A stretch of DNA of 56,669 nucleotides, taken from Octopus bimaculoides. Lineage: Eukaryota. Below the pieces are notes generated by a model. The model was not told the DNA's origin. It searched no databases and saw nothing but the letters and a program-made list of their open reading frames with translations. Below, piece by piece: positions 10,918 to 24,300 of this stretch (the first letter of the stretch is position 1; each line of letters begins with the position of its first letter). The position numbers and the translations under genes are program-made. The stretch is from NCBI RefSeq assembly GCF_001194135.2, contig NC_069000.1, forward strand, positions 26,159,670 through 26,216,338, written 5' to 3'.

Positions 10918-11660
10918 TGTTTAACCCCAAGTCTACCCTAACTGATCAAAGGTATTCCAACCATGACCATCCTAATTATTTCAGTTAGTTTGTATCTAGG
11001 ACCACACTACCAAATACATTTTTTTAATTTTTAGTCAGTAATGTTCAATGTGGAAGAACTTTGACTGCTGTTTCTAGCAGATCGAAAGACTATGCTGTGC
11101 GTCACTCGTTGTCCCGTCTATCCATGTTGACGGTGTGAATGTTGTTATAGTTGTAGACCTAAGACGTTCTAACCATGATTACCCTGCCATATTTCCAGAC
11201 ATAATGTATCTAGGACTACATAATCGTCCTTCAATAGCTACGGAAAGAAATAAGCAAAAATGAAAAAATAAATCTTCCATAATCTATTCATAGAGATGGT
11301 GGTTGTGATGTGCATGGTATCGTTTGTGCTTAAAGCTAAGTGAAATGGTTAAAACTCTACTGAAGGAAGTTGAAACATGCTAGCGGTCCCGGATGGATAT
11401 GAGTTTGGTTATTTACATACACAACGCGTTGTTGTTGTTGTCGTTGTTCTGGTGGTGGTGCTGTTGTTGGTGGTGGTTCTAGTCGTTACAATTGTTATGG
11501 TTTTTGTTGTTGATGTGGTTATCGTTACTCTGATTATAGTTGTTGTTGGTATTGTGTTTGTTGCTGCGATAATACTGTTGTGGTCGTTCAGTACCAGGGT
11601 CTATCCTGATTAAGATGACCTTTGATCAAAGACATTCCAGTCGTGACGATCCTTCTAGCC
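10918..11660 (-). mobile_element. Cluster of SINE-like family C fragments
   Basis: Reverse complement of the ggatggtca(c/t)ggctggaatgc-tttgatca...ggggttaaacaac tail seen at 14.8-16.5 kb. Confidence 0.6.
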
Positions 11661-11854
11661 TTTCTCTTTTAATTTCTTAGGTCTGCACGGTAAGGATGTG
11701 TGTGCGTCTGTGTATGCGCACGCATGCGTGCATGTGTGTGCGTGCATGTGTCTGTGTGTTACTATGAGGAAGATTTAGGCTGCTATTTCTACCAGGTCTA
11801 CCTTTTGGTTTTTCTCGTTGATGATGATGATGATGATGATGATATTGATGGTGG

Positions 11855-11885
<31 letters not shown>

Positions 11886-12486
11886 GGTGGTTACGTTGAT
11901 GGTAATTGTAGTGATGTATGTAGAAAAACTATAACTAAAATCAAAAATTTAATTGTAATAATGATTTAGTATACTAAGTGAATTAAATACATAAAATAAA
12001 ATAAAACAAATATGATAAATAAGTATAATAAATAAAAATGAAAACAATATGAAAAATAAACATATAAATGATTCCTGTTGGAAAAGTACTGGCGTCGTCA
12101 CAATGGACTCGTCCATTCTGTAGCTAGCTATATATTGCTTAGTTACACCTCCCACTGCATTCAGATCTATTAAGTTCTGCATTCACTTCTTCGGTTCCAT
12201 TTCTGAAATCAACTTTTGAAATTATATTATAACCATAAATATCATTTATATAGATATATATAATTTATCAGCATATATTTGTTCTGTTTTTTCTTCATTT
12301 GGTAATCTTATAATTTATACGATATAAGCTCGTTTATCTTCATCCAATTTCTAGTTATTAATTAATACTGAAAAAAGAAAATTGCAAAATCCCTCTGATT
12401 TTCTCTCTCCTACTGTGTATACATAATATAATAAACACTCGTAAATATATATCTATATAAAAATATAGTCACTCACCAACAAAATC

Positions 12487-12510
12487 ATGACGAAAGTATA
12501 CGAAGAGCAG
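12487..12510 (+). CDS. Candidate first coding exon of the SLC6 gene (MTKVYEEQ)
   Basis: aaaatcATG (A at -3), 8 codons, CAG|GTAAGG donor in phase 0, matching the phase-0 acceptor at 33797. No homology evidence. Confidence 0.5.
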
Positions 12511-12670
12511 GTAAGGGATTTTTGATATTTATTATTTTTGTTTTCACATTTTAAAACCCGTTTGTATCGTTCTGTTTTGTCATTTTATGTTTTTATGTAA
12601 GCCCTTGTGGCTAATAAAAGAATTATTATTATTATTATTATTATTATTATCATTATTATTATCATTATTA

Positions 12671-12702
<32 letters not shown>

Positions 12703-13263
12703 GTGATCATCATCATCATCAATGTCTTTGGCACTCAAAGTCCAATATAAAAAATTATCGGATTCGAATAAAACACATTACAGTATTTATTCTGGTTCTT
12801 TACGTTCTGAGATCAACTTTGCCTTTCACCATTCCGGGGTACTGGAATTGGTATAATGGACTTAACTCTTCCCGAAGGATTTCTGGCCTGATACCCATGT
12901 TAAAAATGATTACTATTACTACTTCTATGACCACTACTACTATCCCCAACATCTTGGGCATTCAAGTCCAATAAAAGAATTCGTTATTATGGATTGGTAT
13001 GAAGAAAGAATTACTACTATGGATTGGCAGAACAGTTAGAGTAGCGTATAGATATTTGCTTTTGCGGCAATTTATCTTTGTCTACATTCTCTCAAATCCC
13101 ACCAAGATCTTTGCTTTCATCCTGCCGGGACTGAAAAATGAAATACGATTGAAGTTCTGAAGCCCATGTAATAGATTGTTCCATCCCCACAATATTTAAT
13201 GCTTTTTAACTTCTCTACGAAATCATTATCATTCCATTCCTATCATTGTTATAATTGTTGATA

Positions 13264-13495
13264 AAGGCTGTAGACTGATAGAGTCGCTCGCATGCCAGCC
13301 CAAAAGCTCAGCGGCATCTCTGCCGCCTTTAGGTTCTGGATTCAAATCAGGCCGAGTTCAACTTTGACGGAGACGAAAAAATAAATCGTCAAGTTCTGAA
13401 TTCGATGTAATCGACTAGCCCCCAACCCATCCACCCACATAGACACACACAACACAAAATTTCATCCCATGTGCCTATAAGTTAAAAGAATTACT
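13264..13495 (+). mobile_element. Degenerate SINE family A
   Basis: aaaagctcagcggcatctc...gttctggattcaaatcaggccgagttcaactttg...gatgtaatcgactagcccc. Confidence 0.6.
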
Positions 13496-14796
13496 ATAAT
13501 TGTTGAGTCTACTCGAAATAGATTTCGATGTTAATGTATCCTGTTCGATTTCTTTGAATTTGTCTAGGCTGAATGCCCACAGAATGTAATTTCCGAAATT
13601 TCTAGAAATAAAAAAGTTGAAGGGAGGAGACGTGAATTGGGAGAAGACAATGAAAGGAACTGTATAGATTTAATTGGTTTCCATGTGTTGATCAAGACAT
13701 ACATTGATAGGTTGCAATATGTGTACGTTGCCGACACTATGAGTAAAAGAAAAAGTTTAGACCAATTTTACTTTGATATTCTGCTGACAGGTGCATCTAA
13801 GTAACTGTTACAATAATAATTACATACATTGACCCATAACTGGTGTATAATGGATATGACGCAGTAGAGTGTCATTGAGTATGTGTATGATTATTATACA
13901 CGTTACATTGTCTCGATTCTCAATGCGTATATACGCGTGTATACATGTGTGTGTGCGCGCGCACACGTATTCATACAAACATATATATATATATATATAC
14001 ACACACACATACGCACTCACATACGAGTGAATGGACAAACAAAAGAAAAGGGCACTCAACACAGTAGGAGTTACATGTATTACTATGAATAATATATATA
14101 TATTGAAATCTGTAAAGAAGGAACATAGAAAGAACAGTGCAATGAATATGGTGCTAATTTCATGCTTGAATGAGGAATTATCTCGACGTTTCGGACGTTA
14201 GTTTTTCCTCGGAAAGAAAAGAACATAGTAAGAAAGTTTTGATAACGATAGTGATATATTTCTCCACCAACACCAAGAAAGTTCAGATCTAACGGACATT
14301 GATTTTAATATCATTTATGTCTTTTCGTTGTTCTAATTATTGTTGCCATTCTTTTTCTTCAAAATCTGTTGTTCTTTTTCTTGTTTGTCATATTTTTATA
14401 CGGATGAAAATGATACAATAGTAAATATTGTTGTTGATGTTACTGTTAGAATTAACACTGTCATTAAGAGAACATTGACATGGTGTCCTTTGTTGAACCA
14501 CCGAAGACATGTCTTTAGATTAGATTCCCTCCTGTCACATTTCTGCCAATAAAATTGGCAAAATCTGCCAATTTAGTGATTCAAATTTGATGGTTGTGTG
14601 TTAGATAGCCTAGAATGGGAAAAGCATGCAACTGAGGAGTGTAAACCATTTCATCCATCCAATCTACCTATCACGAAATTAAGAAGAATTTGAAAAAGAC
14701 AAATCCCTTCATTCGTCTATTTATTCTAACTCATTCACCATCACATCCATCATAATCATTAACATCACCAAAGCCAGACAACTAAAAAGGAACTAA

Positions 14797-15235
14797 CGAT
14801 GCCGCCCTATCGTGGTTGCTTGATCATCAAGAAATAGTAGCCAAATATCCCTCAAACTACTTGCCATCCTCCGTCTTACAAATGAAAGCATACAGGATAG
14901 TCTAGTGATACTCTCTACCTACAGAGGAAAAAAGATGTTGTGGGATCGCTGTCCATGGCTGAAATGCATTCGGTATTCAGATCTGCTCGATCAGTGCTGA
15001 CATGAGACTAAACAACAGCTAAAAGTTGCCATTACAATCGAAAAGTATGGGAGTTAGCTTAAACTGTCTGTTTTAAAGTCCCACTACCATCGGCCTTTTA
15101 CCTACAAGGAGCTTTCTCTACTCTCCTCTCAGTACTGGCCCGCCCTGTGTTATCCCACCCACGCTTTCTCTACATTTTCATCCTCATTAACATCTAACCA
15201 GCTTTACCCTAGCTCCTCCCTTCTTTATGTGAGTG

Positions 15236-15283
<48 letters not shown>

Positions 15284-16540
15284 GCGCACACACATACACA
15301 CACAAGGCTTGAGAACACCGTTCCTCACTTAAAACACAATGGTAGTCAAACCTCCCGTAAATCACACCCTACCATCTTAAAAGAAAAAAGGAAGACCGAG
15401 CCAGCAAGACCCGTTATATTGTGTTCGGACTGCTGGAAACAACGATCGCATCTCCTTCTCATTATATAACACTCTTCTTCTCATAGAAAAGAGCACGTTA
15501 GTTAATGTGGTTCCTGCGTTCCCTGCACACACAAAATAGGTGGGATGATCACGGCTGGAATGCTGTTGATCATAGGCTTGCTCGCTCAAGGTTGACATAG
15601 GGGCGTTAAACAACTACAGTGACTTCATTCCACATACATCGAGCTTAATGTATAGGAAACATCGTGGTCACTCATCCTGTTAGAAATAGTAACTAAATCG
15701 TCCTCAAATCACACTATACCATCTTAAAACAAGAACAGACGTAATGGATAATGTAATCTTCCATACAATCGTATTAGTTTACTTAATGAAGTAACGAGAT
15801 GGTCATGGTTAGCATGCTTTTGATCATAGGTCTGTTTGATCAGAGTTGAACTAGGGTTAAATAACAACTTACAACCATAGCTGATGCTTTAGGAAAAAGC
15901 ATCAGTGTCACAACATACGTTCTTCCATTTTCTTTCTTTGGGGCCTCATTGCCTTCGTAAGAAATTATTACTTCAATATCCATCACTAAACACCAACTCA
16001 GCCACCATCACCCCCTTTTCTATTTTCACTGTCGCCGTCGCCACCAAAATCTCACCACCACCACCACACTCTCATGCTCCTCCCTCTCATTACCATTAGC
16101 ACCTACGCAAGCTCATGTCAGAGAGAGAAGCTCTACGTGATCATTCGACTTGTTGGAAATAACAGCTAAATCTCCCTCAAATTATGTACACACAATGTCT
16201 TAGAAAAGGACTCAATGGATAATGTAGTACTGAGTGTCCTACAAAAAGAAGACGGTGTAGCCACGGCTGGAATGTTTGTTTGTGTTTTACATGTTGCTAG
16301 GCCACCAACACCACAGACAAAACTATGAAATGTCACTCCATCCCCAAGTCGAGCCAATGACAGAGCAGCTAACCTGCTAAAAAGAGCAGTCATATCTTCT
16401 TGGAACCATAGAATATCATTTTTAAAAAGCGACACATTCGATATGGGTCTAGGCTCTCTGCCCGTAGGAAAAAGATGGGATGGTTACAGCTGGAACGCTT
16501 TTGGCTTGAACTGAGCTGACCTGGCAGCATACAACCACGA
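14797..16540 (+). mobile_element. Cluster of 4-5 co-oriented SINE-like family C copies
   Basis: Recurring gaaatag(c/t)agccaaat-tccctcaaatcacaccctacc-tcttaaaa and ggatggtcacggctggaatg...tgatcatagg...ctaaacaac at ~14797-15020, 15310-15615, 15660-15870 and 16140-16540. Confidence 0.7.
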
Positions 16541-17172
16541 ATAACACTATCGTGCCAGCAGCACCATCACCACCACTCTAAATTACATCAATATCACTCG
16601 CTACGATAACAGTTATTCCTTCAACAATGATGAATAATATCGACGCCACCGTCACATCATTGTTCCCACCACGACGATCTATAAACTCTATTACCATTAC
16701 TCATCCATACCGTCACCACACATCATCTTCTATCCAACGTCGACACCGACACCATTGCTAACCACAACTACTAACAAGCAAAGCCCTTATGTTGTCTTAA
16801 ACAACACACTTACCCCACATTTTGTTGTCATGGCAATGTCGGAGGGTGATGATCTTAACAACAGCAGCTGCAGCAGTAATAGCAGAGTGGTAACTGATCC
16901 AGAAATACTTGATTGTCTAGAATGATCGGCATTGTCAATCATATTTACATATGTGTGATATAGATATATATAATGAGATGCGGTCGAATCACATCAGTGC
17001 CGAAGTCGCAGTTGGTGCGACGAAAATTTTGACAACAGATAATAAATGTTTAAATGAAATTAACTGTCTTGGTGTGTTTTTGAATACCTAGTATATCTTC
17101 CATGCTACAATCGTTTTATTTTCAACACACGATCTCAGACCAAATCGTTAGTCTGGCTAGTGCACCTGAAAC

Positions 17173-17229
<57 letters not shown>

Positions 17230-17664
17230 TATATAATCATTTATATCAGTCTTTATATTTACATATATATGTGAATATGTCTGTAAGTATATATGTATGT
17301 GTGTGCGTGTATATATATGTGTATATATGTACATGTGTGTGTATATATGTATGTATGTATATATATATANNNNNNNNNNNNNNNNNNNNNNNNNNNNNNN
17401 NNNNNNNNNNNNNNNNNNNNNNNNNNNNNNNNNNNNNNNNNNNNNNNNNNNNNNNNNNNNNNNNNNNNNNNNNNNNNNNNNNNNNNNNNNNNNNNNNNNN
17501 NNNNNNNNNNNNNNNNNNNNNNNNNNNNNNNNNNNNNNNNNNNNNNNNNNNNNNNNNNNNNNNNNNNNNNNNNNNNNNNNNNNNNNNNNNNNNNNNNNNN
17601 NNNNNNNNNNNNNNNNNNNNNNNNNNNNNNNNNNNNNNNNNNNNNNNNNNNNNNNNNNNNNNTG

Positions 17665-17695
<31 letters not shown>

Positions 17696-17722
17696 GTGTG
17701 TGTGTATACACATACATATGTG

Positions 17723-17753
<31 letters not shown>

Positions 17754-17874
17754 GTGTGTGTGTATACACATACATATGTGTATGTATGTGTATATATATG
17801 TATGTATATATATATGTGTGTGTGTATACACATACATATATGTATATATTATGTGTATGTGTATGTAGATATAT

Positions 17875-18040
17875 AGGGAGAATTCACAAAAAAAAACAAA
17901 AGACGAAGACAGTTGGTGTAGACAACAAACAGATATATTAGTTTAACGCTCGGGAAGTGAAAAAGTCTTTAACGTTTCGAGCCAAAGAAACAAGGAGAGA
18001 AAATAAAGAATGTGGCTAGCGATCTATCATGGCGAATGAT
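17875..18040. mobile_element. Penelope-like terminus relic
   Basis: gggagaattcacaaaaaa...gtctttaacgtttcgagcc. Minus strand keeps gctc-GAAA-cg-TT, the 3' half of a minimal hammerhead; the CTGANGA half is absent. Confidence 0.4.
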
Positions 18041-18059
18041 ATGTAGATGTGTGTGTGTG

Positions 18060-18101
<42 letters not shown>

Positions 18102-19495
18102 TGTGTGTGTATATATGTATGTATATATATGTTTATGTAGGTCGGGGCTTGTTTAAAGAGTGTGTGTTTACAGGTATCTAAATGGAAATTCCTGGCCTGT
18201 AATGTACTGAACTTTCCAATCCCTATAATAAAGCTTTACAAATGTATCGAGTTTCTCTTTCTCAGACACAGTAAGTACCTAGTCCATCCTAATTACTCTC
18301 TCACATGAATACATGCGTGCGCGTGCGCGTACCCAATCGCATCCCTTTAAATTTATCGTCCCCGATCTCTGCCATATAATAAAGATTTGATTATAGAGTA
18401 TATAGAGAAGTGTAATGGCGGGCAAAAGTGAATAGAATGGGATTAGTCGATTGCTTAACGAACTAGGAATGAATGAGGTTCTTCACAGGTCATATTTGTT
18501 TGCTTGCTCTGAGAGTCATTTGCGATGCATGTATTTAATGTATGGGTGTATGTGTGTGTGTGCGCATATGGAGCATCGAAGTCGCTGCTCCTGGAAATAT
18601 CAACCGCGCAAGTCGCATACTTCTGAATGCCACCACGTTCTTGCCTGATATCAACAGTGATGATTAAAACAAAGCATCTACTGCAGCTTTTTGTTTTTTA
18701 AATAATGCTACATAGGATAATGGTAATCCTTGATGTTACGTGGCTGAATAAAAGACAAAATGGCCGATCATGACTTTTTAGCAGAGATATAAGCTCAATC
18801 AGAGCTGAGTTAAGACTAAGCATCACTGATAACTGCTGAAATATAAATTTATAACTAGGGCATTCATCGGAAGGTAAATGTTCAAAGACAACAATGTAAT
18901 CTTTTCATAATCGCTCAAATAGCAACCTAATTTTTCAAATCTCAATCTACCGTCTTAAAAAGAAATTACTCATTAAAGTAATTCTCTTGTGGTTAAAATA
19001 CCTTTGAACACAGATTTCTTCAGTTAGGGCTATACAATGAAAAGAAGCAATCTACACCAAAGTTTTCATATAACAGACCTCTTGCGTACAAATACATATT
19101 TTGGGTTTGATTACGTATGTGCCTCAAGAAAATCCCTTTCTAGAACACAGGCCAGAGCAAAATTATTTTATGGCAAAACTAGCAGCTGCTCATACAGCAA
19201 GTCTCTTTCCTTCAACATCAATGTTCTCCAAAAGAAAGGCTAGGACCGATACAGCTTTGCATGCACAGGTGACATGACAGCCAAACACTAATATATATAT
19301 ATATAAACAACAGAAAGAGTTATGATTTATTAGATCCGCCCGTTTGCCTATAAGACTTTAAATTCTACTCTCTTGTAATTTACACAGTTAAAACGCAGTT
19401 ATAGCATGTAATGCGTGTCTGCATGTATGTATTGCCTATACATGTGTATATCTGTTATACAACGATTTAACTATATATGTATATCAGTGTATATG

Positions 19496-19636
19496 CACTA
19501 GCGTAGCTAGAGTGTTGCCCGAGGCAGCCCTTCCGTTGCCGCCCCCACACCCAACAAAAAACACATTACCTACAGTAGACCCAAATGTGCCGCCCGGGGC
19601 AGACCGCTGCTACCCACCCCACTAGCTTCGCTAGTG
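19496..19636. mobile_element. hAT-type MITE, 141 bp
   Basis: 15-bp TIRs cactagcgtagctag / ctagcttcgctagtg (1 mismatch). 8-bp TSD tgtatatg / cgtatatg (7/8). Confidence 0.8.
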
Positions 19637-19919
19637 CGTATATGTTATATGCTAAATCTGCTGTTGTCTGAATGTGACGTGTCAAGTATATCTTTCTTTA
19701 CGTATTTTGTATGTGTTTGAGTGTGTGCTTTCGTAAACATGTGTTACCGTTTGTGTGTAGGTGTAATTGCTTGTGTATGTATTATATATATATATGTATG
19801 TATGTATATATGCATGTGTATTGTGTTTATATGTATATGAATATATATATATATGTATATGTACGTATATATACATATACACGTACATATATATACATAC
19901 ATATATACACACATATATG

Positions 19920-19965
<46 letters not shown>

Positions 19966-20122
19966 CATACACATATATATATACACGTCGTTTCTAAAAA
20001 AACAAATACGAAAGATGCACACACTAAGATGTAGAGCAGTATATATTAAAAATGGGGAAGGCCGGTTTATGAGATTTCCTGTCCGTAAAGGTTTTAGCTT
20101 TTGGGATCTGACGATACGCCAT

Positions 20123-20825
20123 AAAGTTAAACCCTTTATAGACAGGAGACCTAAGGTAATCCCATGAAGCGGCCTTCCACATTATAACAGCAAAACTGTT
20201 TTACTACACTTCGACCAATTTTTATATCTTAGCATTTGAAGCAGTTGGAGATACGATAGTTTGATGAAAAGAACCGTCTATTGTAAGCAAAAATAAACAT
20301 TTTTTAAAAAAACTCCTTTAGCCATATTTGGACATACGACAGTTTAACATAATCGCAAGGATATATATATGTGTGTATGTATCTATATGTGCAACCTTTT
20401 TTCGGATAGTGAAGGGAAAATTTTCTATCTCTTCCCAGCTGTTCACACTTCCCACAACCTTGATCTTTAAAGAGGTCGCTCACTCTATAGCAGCTGGCTT
20501 GTGTATTTACCTACCTAACCTACCTGCCTACCTACCTACCAGCCAGCCCACGTACATACATACAATAAAATGTTTTAGGCATATATAAAATACACAAACT
20601 GTATGGAATTATATATATGTATATATATTATGTGTGTGTATATATATATATATATATATAAAATGCACTTATTTTTTTTAAATATTTATTTACTTAACCG
20701 GTTTCACTTTTTTAGAAAAAGATTATCAAAAGTCTTTGAGAATAATAAAAAGTTAAACCCTTTATGGACAGGAGACCTAAGGTAATCCCATGAAGCGGCC
20801 TTCCACATTATAACAGCAAAACTGT

Positions 20826-20826
<1 letters not shown>
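20123..20826. repeat. 78-bp direct repeat (20123-20200, 20749-20826) in a dispersed repeat also found at ~42490-42680
   Basis: aaagttaaaccctttat(a/g)gacaggagacc...cagcaaaactgtt, 1 mismatch. The sequence after copy 1 (atcttagcatttgaagcagttggagatacgatagtt) recurs near 42545. Confidence 0.85.
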
Positions 20827-20856
<30 letters not shown>

Positions 20857-20961
20857 ATGTATATATATCCATTTGAGCGCTGAGGTCGATGCAATCGACT
20901 TACCCCCTCCCCCCGAAAGTGCTGGCTTTGTGCCAAATTTTGAAACCAATAATGTGTGTGT

Positions 20962-21337
20962 ATGTATGGTAAAAAGTTTGCTTCCCAACCTCAAGGTTCC
21001 GGGTTCAGTCCCACTACGTGGCACCTTAGAAAAGTGTCTTCTGCTATAACCTAGAGCCGACTAAAGCCTTGTGAGTGGATTAGGTAGGCGGAACCAGTAA
21101 GCAGCACGTCGTATGTGTGTGTGCGTGTGTGTATATTTGTGTTTGCCCCCACCACCGCTTGACAACTGGTGTTGGTGTGTTTATATCCCCGTAAATTAGC
21201 GGTTCGGCAAAGGAGTTCGATCGAATAAGTACTGGGCTTAAACAAAAGTATTGAGTCGATTCATTCGTCTAAAACATTTTCAAGACGGTGCCCCAGCATG
21301 ACCGCAGCCTAATGACTGAAACAAATAAAAGATAAAA
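20962..21337 (+). mobile_element. tRNA-derived SINE family B (CORE-like), full length
   Basis: gtatggtaaaaag (A box), gggttcagtccc (B box), gtggcaccttagaaaagtg (CORE-like ccttgggcaagt), tail cggtgccccagcatgaccgcag...taaaagataaaag. Confidence 0.85.
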
Positions 21338-24300
21338 GAAGTATATGTTTATATAAAAACGATCCGAGTGTACGAAGTTTATAAACTTCAAGCAGTATGT
21401 GGCTAGTAGAGAGAACAAAAAGTGGATAGTACACAATAAAATACAATAACAATTTATTGGCGTCGAGAATTACGCACTTTTTCCCCGTATCGAGTTTGCG
21501 AAGAAATTCGATAAACAGAGTTTCTACATAGCTCACACTTGGCAACTCAATCTACTGAAAACGCGAATAAAAGTCTACATTGAGGAAGTTGAACGCGGAA
21601 AATATACGCTACATTTTTAGCTAGCAGAAGCTCATGGTGCAATTATGTAATCAGCCCTACTCAACGTAATTAATCATCAGACTGAGAATCTTAATGAAGA
21701 TTACACTTATTGAGAGGCAACAGCTAATGTAATAATATTATGCTCATCCTGCTTGCCTATCCCGGATGTGTCATTATATATATGCAAGGATATCTTGGAA
21801 GATAATTAAATACCGCACACATCATACACCGCAGCAAGAGTAGAAATAACAAGAGATCGTTTCTGTTAAAATAAAATAATATTTAAAGGTTAGGCCAGAA
21901 AATGTTTATTCTGAATGTTACTGTAATACAGTATACTGGTTTCCTGGGTACTCCTGTTTTCTCCATAACTTTTGTTTCTCTTCACCTTACCAACGACATT
22001 TTAGCAAATTTAATGTATCTCAACCTTCCTTCAATCACTCTTACTAAATATCTACCTCTAACATTATCTCTCTACTAATTTTCTTTTCTCGGATGCCACG
22101 TGTGTGTATGTATGCGTGTTTCAGCAAGCGTTTGCGGACAAGTAAATAGATAAATTTTAAAGTCTATGTATACAACGTTTCAAAGTGTGGGTGTGGGTGT
22201 GTGCATGTGATGTAACAGGAGACATTGTTATGAAATGCCATGGTCTTAAGCTTTTCAGTAATAGTTATGGAAATACCAAGCAATATCTGACCATTTTCGT
22301 TCTCTTTCTCTCCTTTCAATACACACACCACCACCAACAGCAACAGAGACAACAAATGGGAGAAGGTGGTCGTTTTTTCCCCTGAAAACACACGCACACG
22401 TATATATATACTTGTACACACACACAGAGTATATAGTCACAAAAGTACTCAATAAGCTGCTATTATCGATTAGGTGTCGGTGAAACAAGCTAGATACGTT
22501 GAATAAATATTCCAAATTATATCAGCTCAAGTACAACGTTGCAACATACGCAACACAATGAGTAAGAATGCTACTGCGTCATTGTGCAATTCACAGATGT
22601 TCTTTTGCCTGGCTTTCAATAGCATAAATCTTGATTTAGATCCAAGGCAGCTTTATTCATATCCAAGGTACTAATGCCAAAACTAAATAAGAATCGCACT
22701 TGTTATTCAGTTACGAAATGAACGTGAGTCAGGGTGGATGTGGGTCTTTGTAATCGTCTGTTAATTCTGAACATATTACGGGATAATAACTTATCGACTG
22801 ACGAACTAACAAGATAATTTTTTTATTATCGTTCAAGCTACCAGAAATATCAACCAAATCTTCCTTAAATCACTTGTGCTCCTAGACATGCTATATCTGA
22901 ATTTTATGCAGGATGATCACGTCTGGAACACACTTCATCGTAGATCTGGTTAATCTTTGCTAACAATTCTTTGGTACTGGTGCAGTAATGTCCTTTTTCC
23001 ATCTTTTAGTTGAGCAGTTTGTCTTCTACACAAACAGATAATACAAACCGATTCGATCCAACTTTGCATCTCCGCTCAACACTTCGCCTTTTATTGCGGA
23101 TCATGCCCGTTACACTGTGTATGGTGTGAAATATGTGATCGGATTTCAGATATTGTAATTTAACTCGCTGAAAATTGAAACCGCATCGTAGAGCTAACAT
23201 ATGATGCGGATGATGATGATGGTCATCATCATCATCATCATCATAACGATGATGATGAAAGAGAAGATATGAACGCAGTTTTCGCTGACCTTTCAAGACT
23301 TAACAGTAAAGAAGCAATACTTTTTGTTATCAACCAAATGTCTTTCAAATGTTCTAGAATTATGTAATATGGTTTGCCAGTGTCCTTTCCATATTACTAT
23401 GGCATTGGGTGGGAGAGGGTGATGTTCGTAATGCGAATATTTTGCGTTATTATCAACGAGGTGGTGGTGGTATATGAATAGTTTGACTGTAATTGTAGTA
23501 ATGAATAAAATGATGGTCACTGTTATGTTGTATTCTAATAGATGTGAGGTAGTTGTTATTATATGGTACATACATACACAAGCGCGCGCGCACGGAGGGG
23601 GGGATTATCCAGTGACGCGGGCTGCCTGAAAATTTAATTGCAAAGTTGGGGCAAGCATAATTAATGTAGCAAGCCAACGAATTATAATTAATTAACATTA
23701 CTCTCATCGTAATGGGAACAGTCGTTAAAGAAACTGCAACCCCAGTCAAAAGAAGCGAGGAAGACGACCCCGCGTAATTTTAATAAATTAAAATTGATTA
23801 AATATAGTATTTACAGGGCGTGCGACATGATTTTTTGTTGTAGTACGGTGAAAATTTTTGACAAGTTCCACTATTATTAGACCTCTACAGCGAATTTAAG
23901 TTATGTCATTGAGTATTCATTCGAGAGAGAAAAAACCTACATCTCATAAGTCATTGTTTGATCTAATAGTCGTAGTTAGACTAAGCTTTACTGGTAAGGT
24001 TCTTCGGTCTTATGACCGAAGAACAAGCACTGCAGTAATCTCCCGCAAGAAATTATAAAGTAATTTAAAGCTGTCATGTTTATATTGCTTAAAAGTTTTA
24101 AGATTAATATACTGGGAGTAGAGAAAGAATTCAGCAATGCTACGAGCTGTGGAATACAGACTCAGAAACTTTTTTACGTAATATGGAACCAAATAAGGGT
24201 TGACAGCAGGAAGGATATCCAGCCATAGAAAATCTACCTCATTAAACTCCGTCCGACCCATGCAGGCATGGAAAGTGGACGTTAAAATAATATATATTAC

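Noticed and set aside
14170-14215. Minus CCGAGGA...gtcc-GAAA-cgtcgag, Penelope-end-like
   Set aside because: Core and all three stems are damaged; at most a dead relic.
16990-17040. gtcgca-gttgg-tgcgac-GAAA hairpin resembling hammerhead stem II
   Set aside because: The upstream core reads gtgccgaa and stem I pairs poorly, so it cannot be called.
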